Assembly (NCBI GenBank): GCA_025980765.1
Contig: JAICXB010000018.1
Location: 1,155-65,154 of the forward strand
Direction of reading: 5' to 3'
DNA from: Terriglobales bacterium
GTDB lineage: Bacteria > Acidobacteriota > Terriglobia > Terriglobales > Acidobacteriaceae
Length of the DNA stretch: 64,000 nt
Shown: piece by piece, positions 45,208 through 55,741 of the stretch
How the letters are laid out: each line of letters starts with the position of its first letter
How positions within the stretch are numbered: position 1 is the stretch's first letter
Notes under the pieces: generated by a model
Seen by the model: only the letters and a program-made list of their open reading frames with translations
What the model was told of the DNA's origin: nothing
The model's database searches: none
Position numbers and translations under genes: made by a program

Positions 45208-45765
45208 ATGAACGTGATCATCTCCATGCTGCGCGCGGTAAATGTTGGTGGCCACAATAAGCTGCCTATGGAATCTCTGCGGGAGCTTTATGCTTCTCTG
45301 AAGCTGCAGGACGTGCAGACCTACGTCCAGAGCGGGAACGTGGTGTTTCGAACCGAGGAGCGAGACCTGGATCGGCTGCGGGATCGCATTCAGAAGAAGA
45401 TAAAAAGCGGCTTTGGCTTTGCGCCTGAAATTATCCTGCGGAGCACCGCCGAGATGCGCGAGACGGTTGCCAGGAACCCGTTTGCCGCGCGTCGCGGAAT
45501 TGAGCCGAATAAGCTGCTGGTCACATTTCTTGCCACTCATCCTGGCGCGGAAGAACGCAAGAAAGCGCTCGAGATCAAAGCCGCTCCTGAGGAGATGCAC
45601 ATTCTTGGGCGCGAAGCCTACATCTATTACCCCAATGGGATGGGACGTCCCAAGCTTTTGTGGACGTCGGTGGAACGAATCCTGAAAACCGTCGGCACAG
45701 CGCGCAACTGGAACACCGTTACCAAGCTGCTGGAAATTGCCGAAAAGCTGGAAGCGATCGATTGA
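45208..45765 (+). CDS. DUF1697-like protein
   Basis: 185 aa. MLRAVNVGGHNKLPMESLRELY...VQTYVQSGNVVF is the family signature as I recall it. Confidence 0.7.
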   Translation: MNVIISMLRAVNVGGHNKLPMESLRELYASLKLQDVQTYVQSGNVVFRTEERDLDRLRDRIQKKIKSGFGFAPEIILRSTAEMRETVARNPFAARRGIEPNKLLVTFLATHPGAEERKKALEIKAAPEEMHILGREAYIYYPNGMGRPKLLWTSVERILKTVGTARNWNTVTKLLEIAEKLEAID

Positions 45766-45781
45766 TGCCCCAAGGGCGCTT

Positions 45782-46975
<1,194 letters not shown>

Positions 46976-46983
46976 AGTCGCTC

Positions 46984-47712
46984 TCAGCGATGCGTGCGCA
47001 GTTCGGGGGCGTTCAAGTGCGGTACAGCATTGAAGCTGAACAATCGCAGCTCCGTTCCGCGCAGGCGCATGATCGTGTACGAGGCGTTGTGCAGCACGCC
47101 AGCCAGCCGCAGAACGCGACTGTCGGCAATGTCGAGCGCCATTCCCGCCCAGATTCCGATTGGCGCTGCCGAGGTGAAGACAACAATATTACCGGCGGCG
47201 GGTTCGCTGCCATTCATGCGCTCGCGGCAGCTTCCGACGCGAGCACAAAAACTGCTCCAACTCTCGCCCGAATATGGATGCCGGCCCGAAATCCAGGTAT
47301 TCACGAGCGTAGTGTCGCAAGGCAACCACCGGCGATGGACGCCCGAATCTTGGCCACGCGTGGCGCGTACTTCCTCGCGCATCGATTCATATTGAGCGCG
47401 GAATTCGGCATCTTCTGCGCAAAGCACCGGAGCGAGCTCGCGATAGATATGGTCCAGGTTGAACTCGTTCCAGCGTTCTTCAATTTCAATATTGGGAAAC
47501 CCATGTTGCAATCTGATACAAGCGGCACGCACCTCCGCGGCGGTTTCGCGCTGCCGATGCATGGCCCCGGAATATGCGTGCGAGAAGCGGATTCCCTGAG
47601 CGGCAAAATATTCGCCCAGCAACCGGGACTGCTGTCGTCCAAGCTCGGAAAGCGTGTCGTAGGCATCGCGGGTCCCCGCCTGTCCGTGGCGCACGAGATA
47701 GATGTCGCTCAA
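46984..47712 (-). CDS. histidine phosphatase (phosphoglycerate-mutase-like) family protein
   Basis: LVRHGQ (RHG motif) at the N-terminus. The TTG start overlaps the kinase stop (TTGA). Confidence 0.8.
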   Translation of the reverse strand: MSDIYLVRHGQAGTRDAYDTLSELGRQQSRLLGEYFAAQGIRFSHAYSGAMHRQRETAAEVRAACIRLQHGFPNIEIEERWNEFNLDHIYRELAPVLCAEDAEFRAQYESMREEVRATRGQDSGVHRRWLPCDTTLVNTWISGRHPYSGESWSSFCARVGSCRERMNGSEPAAGNIVVFTSAAPIGIWAGMALDIADSRVLRLAGVLHNASYTIMRLRGTELRLFSFNAVPHLNAPELRTHR

Positions 47713-48779
47713 CCTTGCTTCTCCAGCAGGGAAGCGGCCAGCCGAATCAGACCATGCACGCGCTTGTCGAAGTCGCGAAAACGGCAGTCTGAAGTCTGTC
47801 CGCGATGATAGCGGTAAAAGATTTGCTGCAGGACCACCGCCAGCTTGAAAATTCCCAGCACCTCGTAATAGGCGCTCTGCGATATATCGCGTCCGGTGCG
47901 CGCGGCGTAACGCTCGAGGAAACGACTGCGGTCATACCATCCTGGCCCGGCAGTGAATGCGGGAAGCGCCGCAGCGCGCAGTTCAGAAGCGCTCAACCAA
48001 CACCAGTAGCAAAGCGTGAGGCCAACATCTACCAAGGGATCGCCGATGGCACTCATCTCCCAATCGAGTACCGCTTCAATCTTCTCAGCAGACCCGTTTC
48101 GGAACATCACGTTGTCCAGCTTGTAGTCGTTGTGGACGATGGTGGAAGCTGTGGACTTTGGCATTCGCGTTGTGAGCCACGCAATCACGCGGTCCATCTC
48201 CGGTTCCTCTTCGATTTGCGCCCGGCGCCAGCGCTCGCCCCAGCCGCGCACTTGCCGTTCCAGGAAGCCTTCCGGCTTTCCCAGAGAAATCAAGCTGGTG
48301 GCGACAATGTCGATGGCATGCAGGCGGGCAAGGCAATCGATGAAAGCCTCACTGACGATCTGCGCATGATTTCGAATCGCCTCAATCTCGGGTGGGATTC
48401 GTTCGCGCAAAATGCTTCCACGGCGTCGCTCCATCAGGTAGAAGACCGACCCGATGACGGACACGTCCTCACACAGGTGATACACATCCGGAGCTTCGGG
48501 AAAGTGCGGATGTATGGCTTGCAGCACATGAAATTCGCGCGACATGTCGTGAGCTTTGGGCGCGACCGGACCAAGCGGACCGCGTCGCAGCACAAACTCT
48601 TTGTCGCCGCTTTGCAGCAGGTAGGTAAGATTCGAATGTCCTCCGGGGAACTGCTCGATCGAAATCGGGTGTGTGATGCCCTCAACTTTGCCGCGCAGAT
48701 ACTCGCCCAGAATTGCCGCGTTCAGTTCTTCGCCTTGGCGGACAGCGGCAGTATCGGAATGGGCAGAAGCGGAAATCAC
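47709..48779 (-). CDS. APH-fold phosphotransferase (ACAD10/11 kinase-domain-like)
   Basis: FPGGHSNLTYLL, VLRRGPLGPVAPKAHDMSREF and VHNDYKLDNVMF motifs. The GTG start at 48777-48779 overlaps the upstream stop (GTGA). Confidence 0.8.
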   Translation of the reverse strand: MISASAHSDTAAVRQGEELNAAILGEYLRGKVEGITHPISIEQFPGGHSNLTYLLQSGDKEFVLRRGPLGPVAPKAHDMSREFHVLQAIHPHFPEAPDVYHLCEDVSVIGSVFYLMERRRGSILRERIPPEIEAIRNHAQIVSEAFIDCLARLHAIDIVATSLISLGKPEGFLERQVRGWGERWRRAQIEEEPEMDRVIAWLTTRMPKSTASTIVHNDYKLDNVMFRNGSAEKIEAVLDWEMSAIGDPLVDVGLTLCYWCWLSASELRAAALPAFTAGPGWYDRSRFLERYAARTGRDISQSAYYEVLGIFKLAVVLQQIFYRYHRGQTSDCRFRDFDKRVHGLIRLAASLLEKQG

Positions 48780-49777
48780 GCCAGCTTCACAATCATCTTG
48801 CCGATATTGGCGCCGTGCAGCATGTCCAGAAACGCCTGCGGCGCGTTTTCCAGACCTTCGACTATCGTTTCTCTCATCTTCAGCTTGCCCGAGGACCAAA
48901 GCGGGACGACTTCCTTCTGGAATTCCGGTATGCTGCTCCCCCAATCCCTCACGATGAAGCCTTTCAACGTAAGCCGTTTGGAGACGAAAGCCATCATGTT
49001 GCGAGGCCCGGGCGGCTGCGTCTCCTCGTTGTATCCGGAGATTCCGCCACAGGCGATGATGCGTCCATTCACGTTCATCGCGGACAATGCCGCCTCCAGA
49101 TGTTCGCCGCCGACGTTGTCGAAATACACATCAATTCCGTCCGGCGCCGCTTTCTTCAACTGCGGATATACAGGCCCGTCCTTGTAATTGAAAGCAGCGT
49201 CGAAGCCGAGATCGTCAACAAGCCAATGGATCTTGGCTAGTGACCCGGCACTGCCGATCACGCGGCATCCGCGCAGCTTTGCCAACTGTCCAGCGACGCT
49301 GCCCACCGCCCCGGCCGCGCCGGAGATGAAGACGCGATCGCCTGCCTTTACGTCGACCAGATTCAGGCCGACCCAGGCGCTAAGACCGGGCATGCCGAGA
49401 AGTCCCAGATAAACCGACAGCGGCTGGATCTTTGAGTCCACGCGCTGCAGTGCCCGCGCTTCAGCGACGAAGCAATCACGCCAACCGAGCATGGAAGTAA
49501 CCACGTCCCCGCGCTGTAGCCCGCTGGCGCGCGATTCCATGACTTCTCCCACTGCGCCGGCCTCCATCGCCTTCCCAATTTGAAACGGGGGCACATAGGA
49601 CTTCATGTCGTTCATTCTGCCCCGCATGTAAGGGTCGACAGACATGAAGAGATTGCGGACCAGCACTTGCCCCTCGGCGACCGCAGGAAGCTCGATCTCA
49701 CCCAAGGCGAAGTTCTCCAGCGTGGGCCAGCCCTTGGGGCGAGAGGCCAGCCGGAATTCGCGGCTTTTTGCCATCAT
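48776..49777 (-). CDS. NADP-dependent MDR-family oxidoreductase (PTGR1/CurA/YncB-like alkenal/enone reductase)
   Basis: 333 aa with GAAGAVGSVAGQLAKLRGCRVIGSAGS and a typical N-terminus with the FRL..RP.G.P pattern. Confidence 0.8.
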   Translation of the reverse strand: MMAKSREFRLASRPKGWPTLENFALGEIELPAVAEGQVLVRNLFMSVDPYMRGRMNDMKSYVPPFQIGKAMEAGAVGEVMESRASGLQRGDVVTSMLGWRDCFVAEARALQRVDSKIQPLSVYLGLLGMPGLSAWVGLNLVDVKAGDRVFISGAAGAVGSVAGQLAKLRGCRVIGSAGSLAKIHWLVDDLGFDAAFNYKDGPVYPQLKKAAPDGIDVYFDNVGGEHLEAALSAMNVNGRIIACGGISGYNEETQPPGPRNMMAFVSKRLTLKGFIVRDWGSSIPEFQKEVVPLWSSGKLKMRETIVEGLENAPQAFLDMLHGANIGKMIVKLA

Positions 49778-49787
49778 GTCTGTCCTT

Positions 49788-51914
49788 TCACGCGGCAGTG
49801 GCGCCGGGCTCGCGAATGAAGCTGGCGAAAGTCCTGTTGGATTCAGCCAGCTTTTTCAGCAGCGGCGCGGGCGTCCAAAGCTCGCCGTGCTGCCGCTCAA
49901 ACTCGCAGATACGATCGTAAACGCGGCGCAGTCCGACGGTGTCGGCGTACCACATTGGACCACCCCGGTAAGCGGGGAAGCCGTATCCATTGATGTAGAT
50001 GATGTCGATGTCCACCGCGCGCAATGCGTAGCCCTCTTCCAGGATGCGAGCCCCTTCGTTCACCAGCGCGTAGATGCACCGCTCCACAATCTCCTGCGAT
50101 GGAATCTCGCGGTGAGGAATCCCCGCTTCCGCCGACCACCTGCGCACCAAGTCAGCGACTGCCGGATCCGGAATAGGACGGCGGTTCTCGTCGTACTTGT
50201 ACCAGCCGGCGCCGGTCTTCTGTCCGTAGCGTCCGAGCTCGCAAAGGCGATCGGCGGCGAAGGCCTGTCGCACGTCCGGCTTCTCCAGATGGCGATATTC
50301 CTTGCGAATGCGCCAGCCGACATCGAGGCCCGCGAGATCGCCTGTGGCCAGCGGTCCCATGGCCATCCCGAAATCGTAAAGCGCCTTGTCGACAGCTTCT
50401 ACACTGGCTCCTTCTTCCACCAGGAATGTCGCTTCACGAATGTAAGGATGGAACATGCGGTTGCCGACGAAGCCGCGACAGTTGCCGACCAGCACTCCGA
50501 CTTTTCCCAACTTCTTGGCCAACTGCATGCAGGTGGCAACCACTTCTTTGCTGCTGGCGCGCCCGCGCACAATTTCCAGCAGCCGCATCACGTTGGCCGG
50601 GCTGAAGAAATGGGTCCCAATTACGGACTCAGGACGCGAAGTAGAGGCGGCGATTTCGTCAACATTCAAGGTGGAGGTATTGCTGGCGAGAATTGCGCCC
50701 GGCTTGCACATTCGATCGAGTTCGGCAAAGACTTGCTTCTTCAGCGCCATCCCTTCGAAGACGGCTTCGATGACCATGTCAATCTGCGAGAACCCGTCAT
50801 AACTGAGCGTTGGCGTGATCAGCTGCATGCGCTCATCTGCAAACTGCTGAGTGAAGCGGCCGCGCTTCACCGAGTTTGCATAGTTCTTCTGGATCGTCGC
50901 GAGACCGCGATCAAGCGCCGCCTGCTCGGTCTCTTTGACCAAAACGGGAATGCCGGCATTGGCGAAAACCATGGCGATGCCGCTGCCCATCGTTCCAGCT
51001 CCCACCACCGCGGCGGTATTCACCGGGAGGGTTGGTGTTTCCTTAGGAATGTCCGGAACTCTGGCGACTTCGCGCTCGCCGAAGAAGACATGGATCAGCG
51101 CCTTGGACTGGTCGGAAAAAAGGCACTCGTTGAAAAGCCTTCGTTCCAAAGCAATGCCTTCGTCGAACGGCAGCTGGGTGGCAGCTTCAACGGCATCGAT
51201 CGCGGCCAGAGGAGCGATCAGGTTGCGCTGCTTTTTGCGAGCGGTCTCGCGCGCAGCGGCGAAGATCGCGGCATTCTGCGATGCGTCTCCAAGCTTCTCA
51301 GTTCTCTCTCGCGTTTTGGGAATGGATTTACCTGCGACCTCACGCGCGAAGGTGATCGCTTCCGCCACCAGATCTCCTCGAACCATTCCATCAAGAATGC
51401 CCAGCCTCGCCGCGTCTTCAGCTTTCACCGGATTGCCTTCGGCGCACATCTCCACTGCTTTGGCGACACCCGCCAGCCGCGGCAAACGTTGCGTGCCGCC
51501 GGCGCCAGGGATCAGACCGAGCTTGACCTCCGGTTGCCCGACCTGCGCGCCTGGATCGGCCAGCCGGTAATGACCAGCCATTGCCAGCTCCAATCCGCCG
51601 CCAAACGCAGTTCCGTGAATGGCCATGATCACGGGCTTGCGACAGTTCTCGACGCGATCAATTAAATCGAGCAATGCTCTTCCGCGTGACTGGCCAGAAA
51701 CAATCTTGCCGAATTCACGAATGTCAGCGCCGGCGATGAACGTCTTTCCCGCTCCGGTGAGCACGATGGCGTTCACTGTGTCATCGGCTTCGCTTTGCGC
51801 AAATGCCGCGAGCAGCCCTTCGATCACCGCAGGACTCAAGGCGTTTACGGGTGGGTTGTCGATTGTGATGACGGCGATTTCGTTGTGGTTCTGGAGGTGG
51901 ACTGAGTCGTTCAT
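49788..51914 (-). CDS. bifunctional enoyl-CoA hydratase / 3-hydroxyacyl-CoA dehydrogenase (FadB/FadJ-like)
   Basis: Crotonase N-terminus (NPPVNAL, FIAGADI, GGGLELA) and an HCDH Rossmann motif VVGAGTMGSGIA. ATG at 51912-51914 preferred. Confidence 0.9.
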   Translation of the reverse strand: MNDSVHLQNHNEIAVITIDNPPVNALSPAVIEGLLAAFAQSEADDTVNAIVLTGAGKTFIAGADIREFGKIVSGQSRGRALLDLIDRVENCRKPVIMAIHGTAFGGGLELAMAGHYRLADPGAQVGQPEVKLGLIPGAGGTQRLPRLAGVAKAVEMCAEGNPVKAEDAARLGILDGMVRGDLVAEAITFAREVAGKSIPKTRERTEKLGDASQNAAIFAAARETARKKQRNLIAPLAAIDAVEAATQLPFDEGIALERRLFNECLFSDQSKALIHVFFGEREVARVPDIPKETPTLPVNTAAVVGAGTMGSGIAMVFANAGIPVLVKETEQAALDRGLATIQKNYANSVKRGRFTQQFADERMQLITPTLSYDGFSQIDMVIEAVFEGMALKKQVFAELDRMCKPGAILASNTSTLNVDEIAASTSRPESVIGTHFFSPANVMRLLEIVRGRASSKEVVATCMQLAKKLGKVGVLVGNCRGFVGNRMFHPYIREATFLVEEGASVEAVDKALYDFGMAMGPLATGDLAGLDVGWRIRKEYRHLEKPDVRQAFAADRLCELGRYGQKTGAGWYKYDENRRPIPDPAVADLVRRWSAEAGIPHREIPSQEIVERCIYALVNEGARILEEGYALRAVDIDIIYINGYGFPAYRGGPMWYADTVGLRRVYDRICEFERQHGELWTPAPLLKKLAESNRTFASFIREPGATAA

Positions 51915-51952
51915 ACAGGTTCTCTCTAGATGAAGGGTGGAATCCAAAGAAT

Positions 51953-52415
51953 GTCATCCTGAGCGAGGGCGAACGCCCGAGTCGAAGGACCCCAACGCTG
52001 CTGATGCCCGATCCTGCCGCAGGAATTCTCCCGATGCGGCAATCTGTTTGTCCATGTGCGAATACAGATCCTCCCATCGCGGATTCTGCCGCTCAATCAG
52101 CGCGACTTTTTTCGATCTTCTCCAGCCCTTCAACTGTTTTTCCCGGCTGATCGCCCGGAATACGCTGTCAAACTCCTCTCGATAGACCAAACGCGTGCAC
52201 GAGTATTTTTTTGAAAAGCCCTCGAAGGCACCAGTTTTGTGCTCCCATACTCGCAGCTCCAGATCGCTGGTCACACGGATGTACAACGTGCCGCTCAGAC
52301 TCGACATGATGTATGCCCAGTATTGGTGTTCCATTCTCGAGATCAATCAGTAACTACCACTCTGCGAGAGTGCCGGGGTCCTTCGACCCGGGCGTTCGCC
52401 CTCGCTCAGGATGAC
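51953..52415. mobile_element. 463-bp element: a GIY-YIG gene bounded by 41-bp inverted repeats (40/41 match)
   Basis: Left IR 51953-51993 is gtcatcctgagcgagggcgaacgcccgagtcgaaggacccc. Right IR 52375-52415 is its reverse complement with one mismatch. The element sits between the ligase stop and the fadB-like start. Confidence 0.7.
51954..52334 (-). CDS. GIY-YIG nuclease family protein (UPF0213/YhbQ-like)
   Basis: YWAYIMSSLSGTLYIRVTSDLELRVWEHK (GIY...YIG equivalent), KQLKGWRRSKK and LIERQNPRWEDL. The C-terminal tail reads into the left IR. Confidence 0.75.
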   Translation of the reverse strand: MEHQYWAYIMSSLSGTLYIRVTSDLELRVWEHKTGAFEGFSKKYSCTRLVYREEFDSVFRAISREKQLKGWRRSKKVALIERQNPRWEDLYSHMDKQIAASGEFLRQDRASAALGSFDSGVRPRSG

Positions 52416-54001
52416 AACGGCATTAGTGTGCCCTGCCCCCAGTACTGTTTGCGCAAATCTTTCTTGAGTATCTTGCCGGTTCCCGTTTTAGGAAGCGATG
52501 CCAGGAATTCAACCGATCGCGGGCATTTGTAATGGGCGATGCGTCCTCGGCAAAATTCCAACAGTTGCTCCTCGGAAGCGCTTGCTCCCGGCCTCAACAC
52601 CACCAGCGCTTTCGGAACCTCACCCCATTTGGTGTCTGGCACCGGGACCACTGCCGTCTCATACACTGCGGGGTGCGCGGACAAGGCCTTCTCGATTTCA
52701 AGCGATGATATGTTTTCGCCGCCGCTGATGATGATGTCCTTCTTGCGGTCGACGACCAGAATATAGCCGTCCTCGTCCATGGTGGCCATGTCGCCGGTGT
52801 GAAACCAGCCGCCGCGCATCGCTTGCGCGGTGGCCGCGGGCTGCTTCCAGTATCCCTGCATCACACCGTCGCCGCGAGCCACTACTTCGCCGATGGACGC
52901 GCCGTCGTGGGGCACGTCACGCTCTTCGGCATCGACTACCCGCAGTTCCACTCCGGGAATCGCGTATCCGGTCATCGCCTGTCCATTCCAGCGTTGCTCG
53001 CCCTGCCACTCCGCTCCCGGCTTGCTCAATGAGACGGAGAGCACCGGAGAGGTTTCCGTCAGCCCGTACCCGGAATAGCAGGTGCATCCCAGTTTCTCCT
53101 CGATCTCCTTCACCAGCGCGGGAGACGATGCCGAGCCGCCGATGCTGATGCGGTCCAGGCTGCTCAGGTCATATTTCGGGCGTTCCGGGGAGTTCACGAT
53201 TGCGACTGCCATGGTGGGAACAATCCCAAAATGGGTGACCCGCTCCTGCTGGATGAGGCGGAAGATCTCGCTGCAATCCCAGAGCCGCAGAATCACGTGT
53301 TTGCCGCCGAGCATCGTGACCGTATGCGCAGCGCCCCAGCCATTCGCATGGAAAAGAGGGATGGTGTGCAGGATGACGTGCTCGATTCGAGGATCGGAGA
53401 CCATGGAGCTACTCAGCGCATGCAAATAAATGTTGCGATGGCTCAGCATCACGCCTTTCGGTTCGGCGCTGGTTCCGCTGGTATAGAAGAGTTCCGCGAG
53501 CGAGTCTTCATCGATCTGCATGATGTCGGCCTGATGCGGCTTGGCCGCAGACAGCAACTGGTCGTAGTGGTGAGGAGTCATCCAATCCGCCTGGGGAAGG
53601 GAATCGAGCGAGACGAATCGTTCGACGGAAGGAACGCTGCGACGAAACTGTTCGACAAAGGGAAGAAATTCCTTCTCGAAAAAAAGGATGCGCGCTTCGG
53701 AATCATTCAGGATGAAAGCGAGCTCCTGCGCAGCCAGGCGAAAATTCAAGGGCAGCAGCACCGCTCCCGCTTCGAGAACTCCAAAATAAGCTTCGAGCAA
53801 GCGATGGCAGTTCTTGCTGAGAAAGGCAACGCGATCTCCGGGCCCGATCCCGAGCTGCAGCAGCGCGCCGCCGAGGCGTGCGGCACGGTCCGCGAACTGC
53901 GCGTAGGTGAACCGTTCGCTGCCGCAGACGATTGCGGTGCGTTGTGGAAACTGCTGCTCAGCGTAGCGGAGGCAGCGCAGTGGGGTGAGAGGAATATTCA
54001 T
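52406..54001 (-). CDS. AMP-dependent acyl-CoA ligase (fatty-acid--CoA ligase)
   Basis: 531 aa with YTSGTSAEPKGV, the GYGLTET AMP-binding motifs and a C-terminal TGKILK. Confidence 0.9.
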   Translation of the reverse strand: MNIPLTPLRCLRYAEQQFPQRTAIVCGSERFTYAQFADRAARLGGALLQLGIGPGDRVAFLSKNCHRLLEAYFGVLEAGAVLLPLNFRLAAQELAFILNDSEARILFFEKEFLPFVEQFRRSVPSVERFVSLDSLPQADWMTPHHYDQLLSAAKPHQADIMQIDEDSLAELFYTSGTSAEPKGVMLSHRNIYLHALSSSMVSDPRIEHVILHTIPLFHANGWGAAHTVTMLGGKHVILRLWDCSEIFRLIQQERVTHFGIVPTMAVAIVNSPERPKYDLSSLDRISIGGSASSPALVKEIEEKLGCTCYSGYGLTETSPVLSVSLSKPGAEWQGEQRWNGQAMTGYAIPGVELRVVDAEERDVPHDGASIGEVVARGDGVMQGYWKQPAATAQAMRGGWFHTGDMATMDEDGYILVVDRKKDIIISGGENISSLEIEKALSAHPAVYETAVVPVPDTKWGEVPKALVVLRPGASASEEQLLEFCRGRIAHYKCPRSVEFLASLPKTGTGKILKKDLRKQYWGQGTLMPLSS

Positions 54002-54014
54002 TTAAGTGCGCCGG

Positions 54015-54119
54015 GGTTAACACGGAGGTCACAAAGGCAAAACCTCAAGGTCACGGAGAAAACATAATTACAAATCTCCGTGACCTTGAGGGGTTCACCT
54101 CGTGTCCTTCGTGCTAACC
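54015..54119. repeat. GGTTAACACGGAGG...CCTTCGTGCTAACC inverted-repeat element (about 44-nt arms)
   Basis: Left arm 54015-54058 and right arm 54076-54119. The inner part caaggtcacggag / ctccgtgaccttg is perfect. It overlaps the hydrolase stop. Confidence 0.75.
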
Positions 54120-55513
54120 AAATGGTGATCCACCGCATCGAACTCCCGCAAATACTGCGCGGGTTTGAAGTTGATGAAAGCCGGAGCAGTGGGAACGATT
54201 CCCTGCGAGGTAGCGAAGATGTTGAAGTTCGGCCCGAGTGCCGAGGCTGCAGCGTTCAGGTCGTCGGCATCCAGATCGTGCGGCCATTTGCCGGTGACCA
54301 GCCGAGTCAGCAAGGTTTCTACTGCCGCGATGGTCTCTGCCGGAGTGAAAGCGCAATGGCCGGCGCGAGCCACGTAGGTTTGCCGCAGGAACCGGGCATT
54401 GCCGCCTTCGTCGACCACGTCTTTGTATGCCGATTCGTTTTCGACCACAACCAGACCGTCTCCCTTGGTGTGCAGAGTGAGAACCGGAATATGGATCTGC
54501 CCATTGAAGATCAGGTTGTGCTCGAGATATTCGCGCGCATCTTCGTCGGCCTGGATACGCGGCGCATCTTCCAGCGCATCGAGATCGGCATCGAGATCGA
54601 GGTTCGCGGCCTCGTACAGCGCTCGAACTTCTTCGCGATCCACCGAGTGCTCCAGCTGTTTCCGATAATTGACGCCGGTATTCGATGAGGCATTGCCGCC
54701 GGCGCGCGCTTCCAACTCAGCGCGAAAAGCGAAGATGAACGGGAAATCAACTTGCTGGTCCCAGAGAAACTGGTTGGCCTCTTGCGAAGCGAAATCGTTC
54801 GCGGCGGGCTCGGGAGATGTCGGAATAAACCATCCCGGGACATCGCTCAGGGCGGCTACAAGCGCGAGGCGCGCGCGTCCTTGCGGTGTGGCCTGCGCCT
54901 GGGAAAGCAGAAACTCCGAAAGCTGGAAATTCGCCGTCGGATTGGCGATGTTGACCACCTGCAACGGTGTGTTTGCACCCAGCAAGGTCTTGAAGGCGAA
55001 CTCTCCGTCCAGCGCCGTGTTCCACGTGGCAACGCCGCCGGAGAGAACTCCGCACATGGGAAGAGCCGCATCAAAGCGTTCCGGGAAGCGCTGCATCAGG
55101 CCGGCAGTAATGATGCCACCGAGCGAGTGTCCCCAGGCGATCGTGGCCAGCGGATGTCCGACCAGCGTATTGAACTGATCGAGCACTGCGATCTGGTCCG
55201 GCAGCGCTTCTTGAATGGCCCATCCAGTGTGGGCGTACGAGGATCCTGCCAGCGCAAATCCGCTTGACAGCATAAACAGACGCGTAGCCGAATCGCCGAC
55301 ATCGACAGCAGGGTTCGGGCTGCCCGGTGTCACGTAGCCATGACTGTACAGAAACAGCGCCCCGTTCCAGTTTGCCGGAACTTCAATCAGGAAGGTCGCG
55401 CCGTCGGCAAGCGTACCGGTGTGAGTAGTGATCTGCGCGACGGCCGTGGAGATGGACAACAGCAGCAGAGCGATAATCCCAATAAGGGAATGGGCTTTGG
55501 CGATTCTATGCAT
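54095..55513 (-). CDS. secreted alpha/beta hydrolase (lipase/esterase-like)
   Basis: ATG at 55511-55513. Signal peptide MHRIAKAHSLIGIIALLLLSISTAVAQ and nucleophile elbow GHSLGG. Confidence 0.75.
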   Translation of the reverse strand: MHRIAKAHSLIGIIALLLLSISTAVAQITTHTGTLADGATFLIEVPANWNGALFLYSHGYVTPGSPNPAVDVGDSATRLFMLSSGFALAGSSYAHTGWAIQEALPDQIAVLDQFNTLVGHPLATIAWGHSLGGIITAGLMQRFPERFDAALPMCGVLSGGVATWNTALDGEFAFKTLLGANTPLQVVNIANPTANFQLSEFLLSQAQATPQGRARLALVAALSDVPGWFIPTSPEPAANDFASQEANQFLWDQQVDFPFIFAFRAELEARAGGNASSNTGVNYRKQLEHSVDREEVRALYEAANLDLDADLDALEDAPRIQADEDAREYLEHNLIFNGQIHIPVLTLHTKGDGLVVVENESAYKDVVDEGGNARFLRQTYVARAGHCAFTPAETIAAVETLLTRLVTGKWPHDLDADDLNAAASALGPNFNIFATSQGIVPTAPAFINFKPAQYLREFDAVDHHLVSTKDTR

Positions 55514-55549
55514 ACCTTTCTCCTCATGTGGAGCCCGAAAAAGCTTGTT

Positions 55550-55731
55550 CACCACGGAGGCACGGAGAGCACGGAGAAACGATTGTGTTGTGGAAGTTGT
55601 CATCCCGAAGTCCGCCGGGCCGGACGGAGGGATCTGCTGTTCGGTCCAAGAAGCAGATCCTTCGCTTCGCCTCGGGATGACAATTGGAACATCCTAAAGT
55701 TGTGCTCCGTGTCCTCCGTGCCTCCGTGGTG
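55550..55731. repeat. composite element: (CACGGAG)n / (CTCCGTG)n inverted arms enclosing a GTCATCCCGA...TCGGGATGAC hairpin
   Basis: Outer arms are 55550-55580 and 55702-55731. The inner hairpin is 55599-55681, with a sub-stem ggatctgct/agcagatcc. Confidence 0.8.
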
Positions 55732-55741
55732 AAATCGAACT

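Noticed and set aside
49644-51665. 673-aa plus-strand ORF, plus similar long antisense ORFs (55835..56848, 56852..58627, 8754..9461, 9501..10550, 47805..49187, 53231..54067)
   Set aside because: These are shadow ORFs antisense to strongly supported genes (fadB-like, TonB receptor, ADOP permease, kinase/reductase, ligase). They have Arg/Gly/Ala-rich low-information composition and no motifs.
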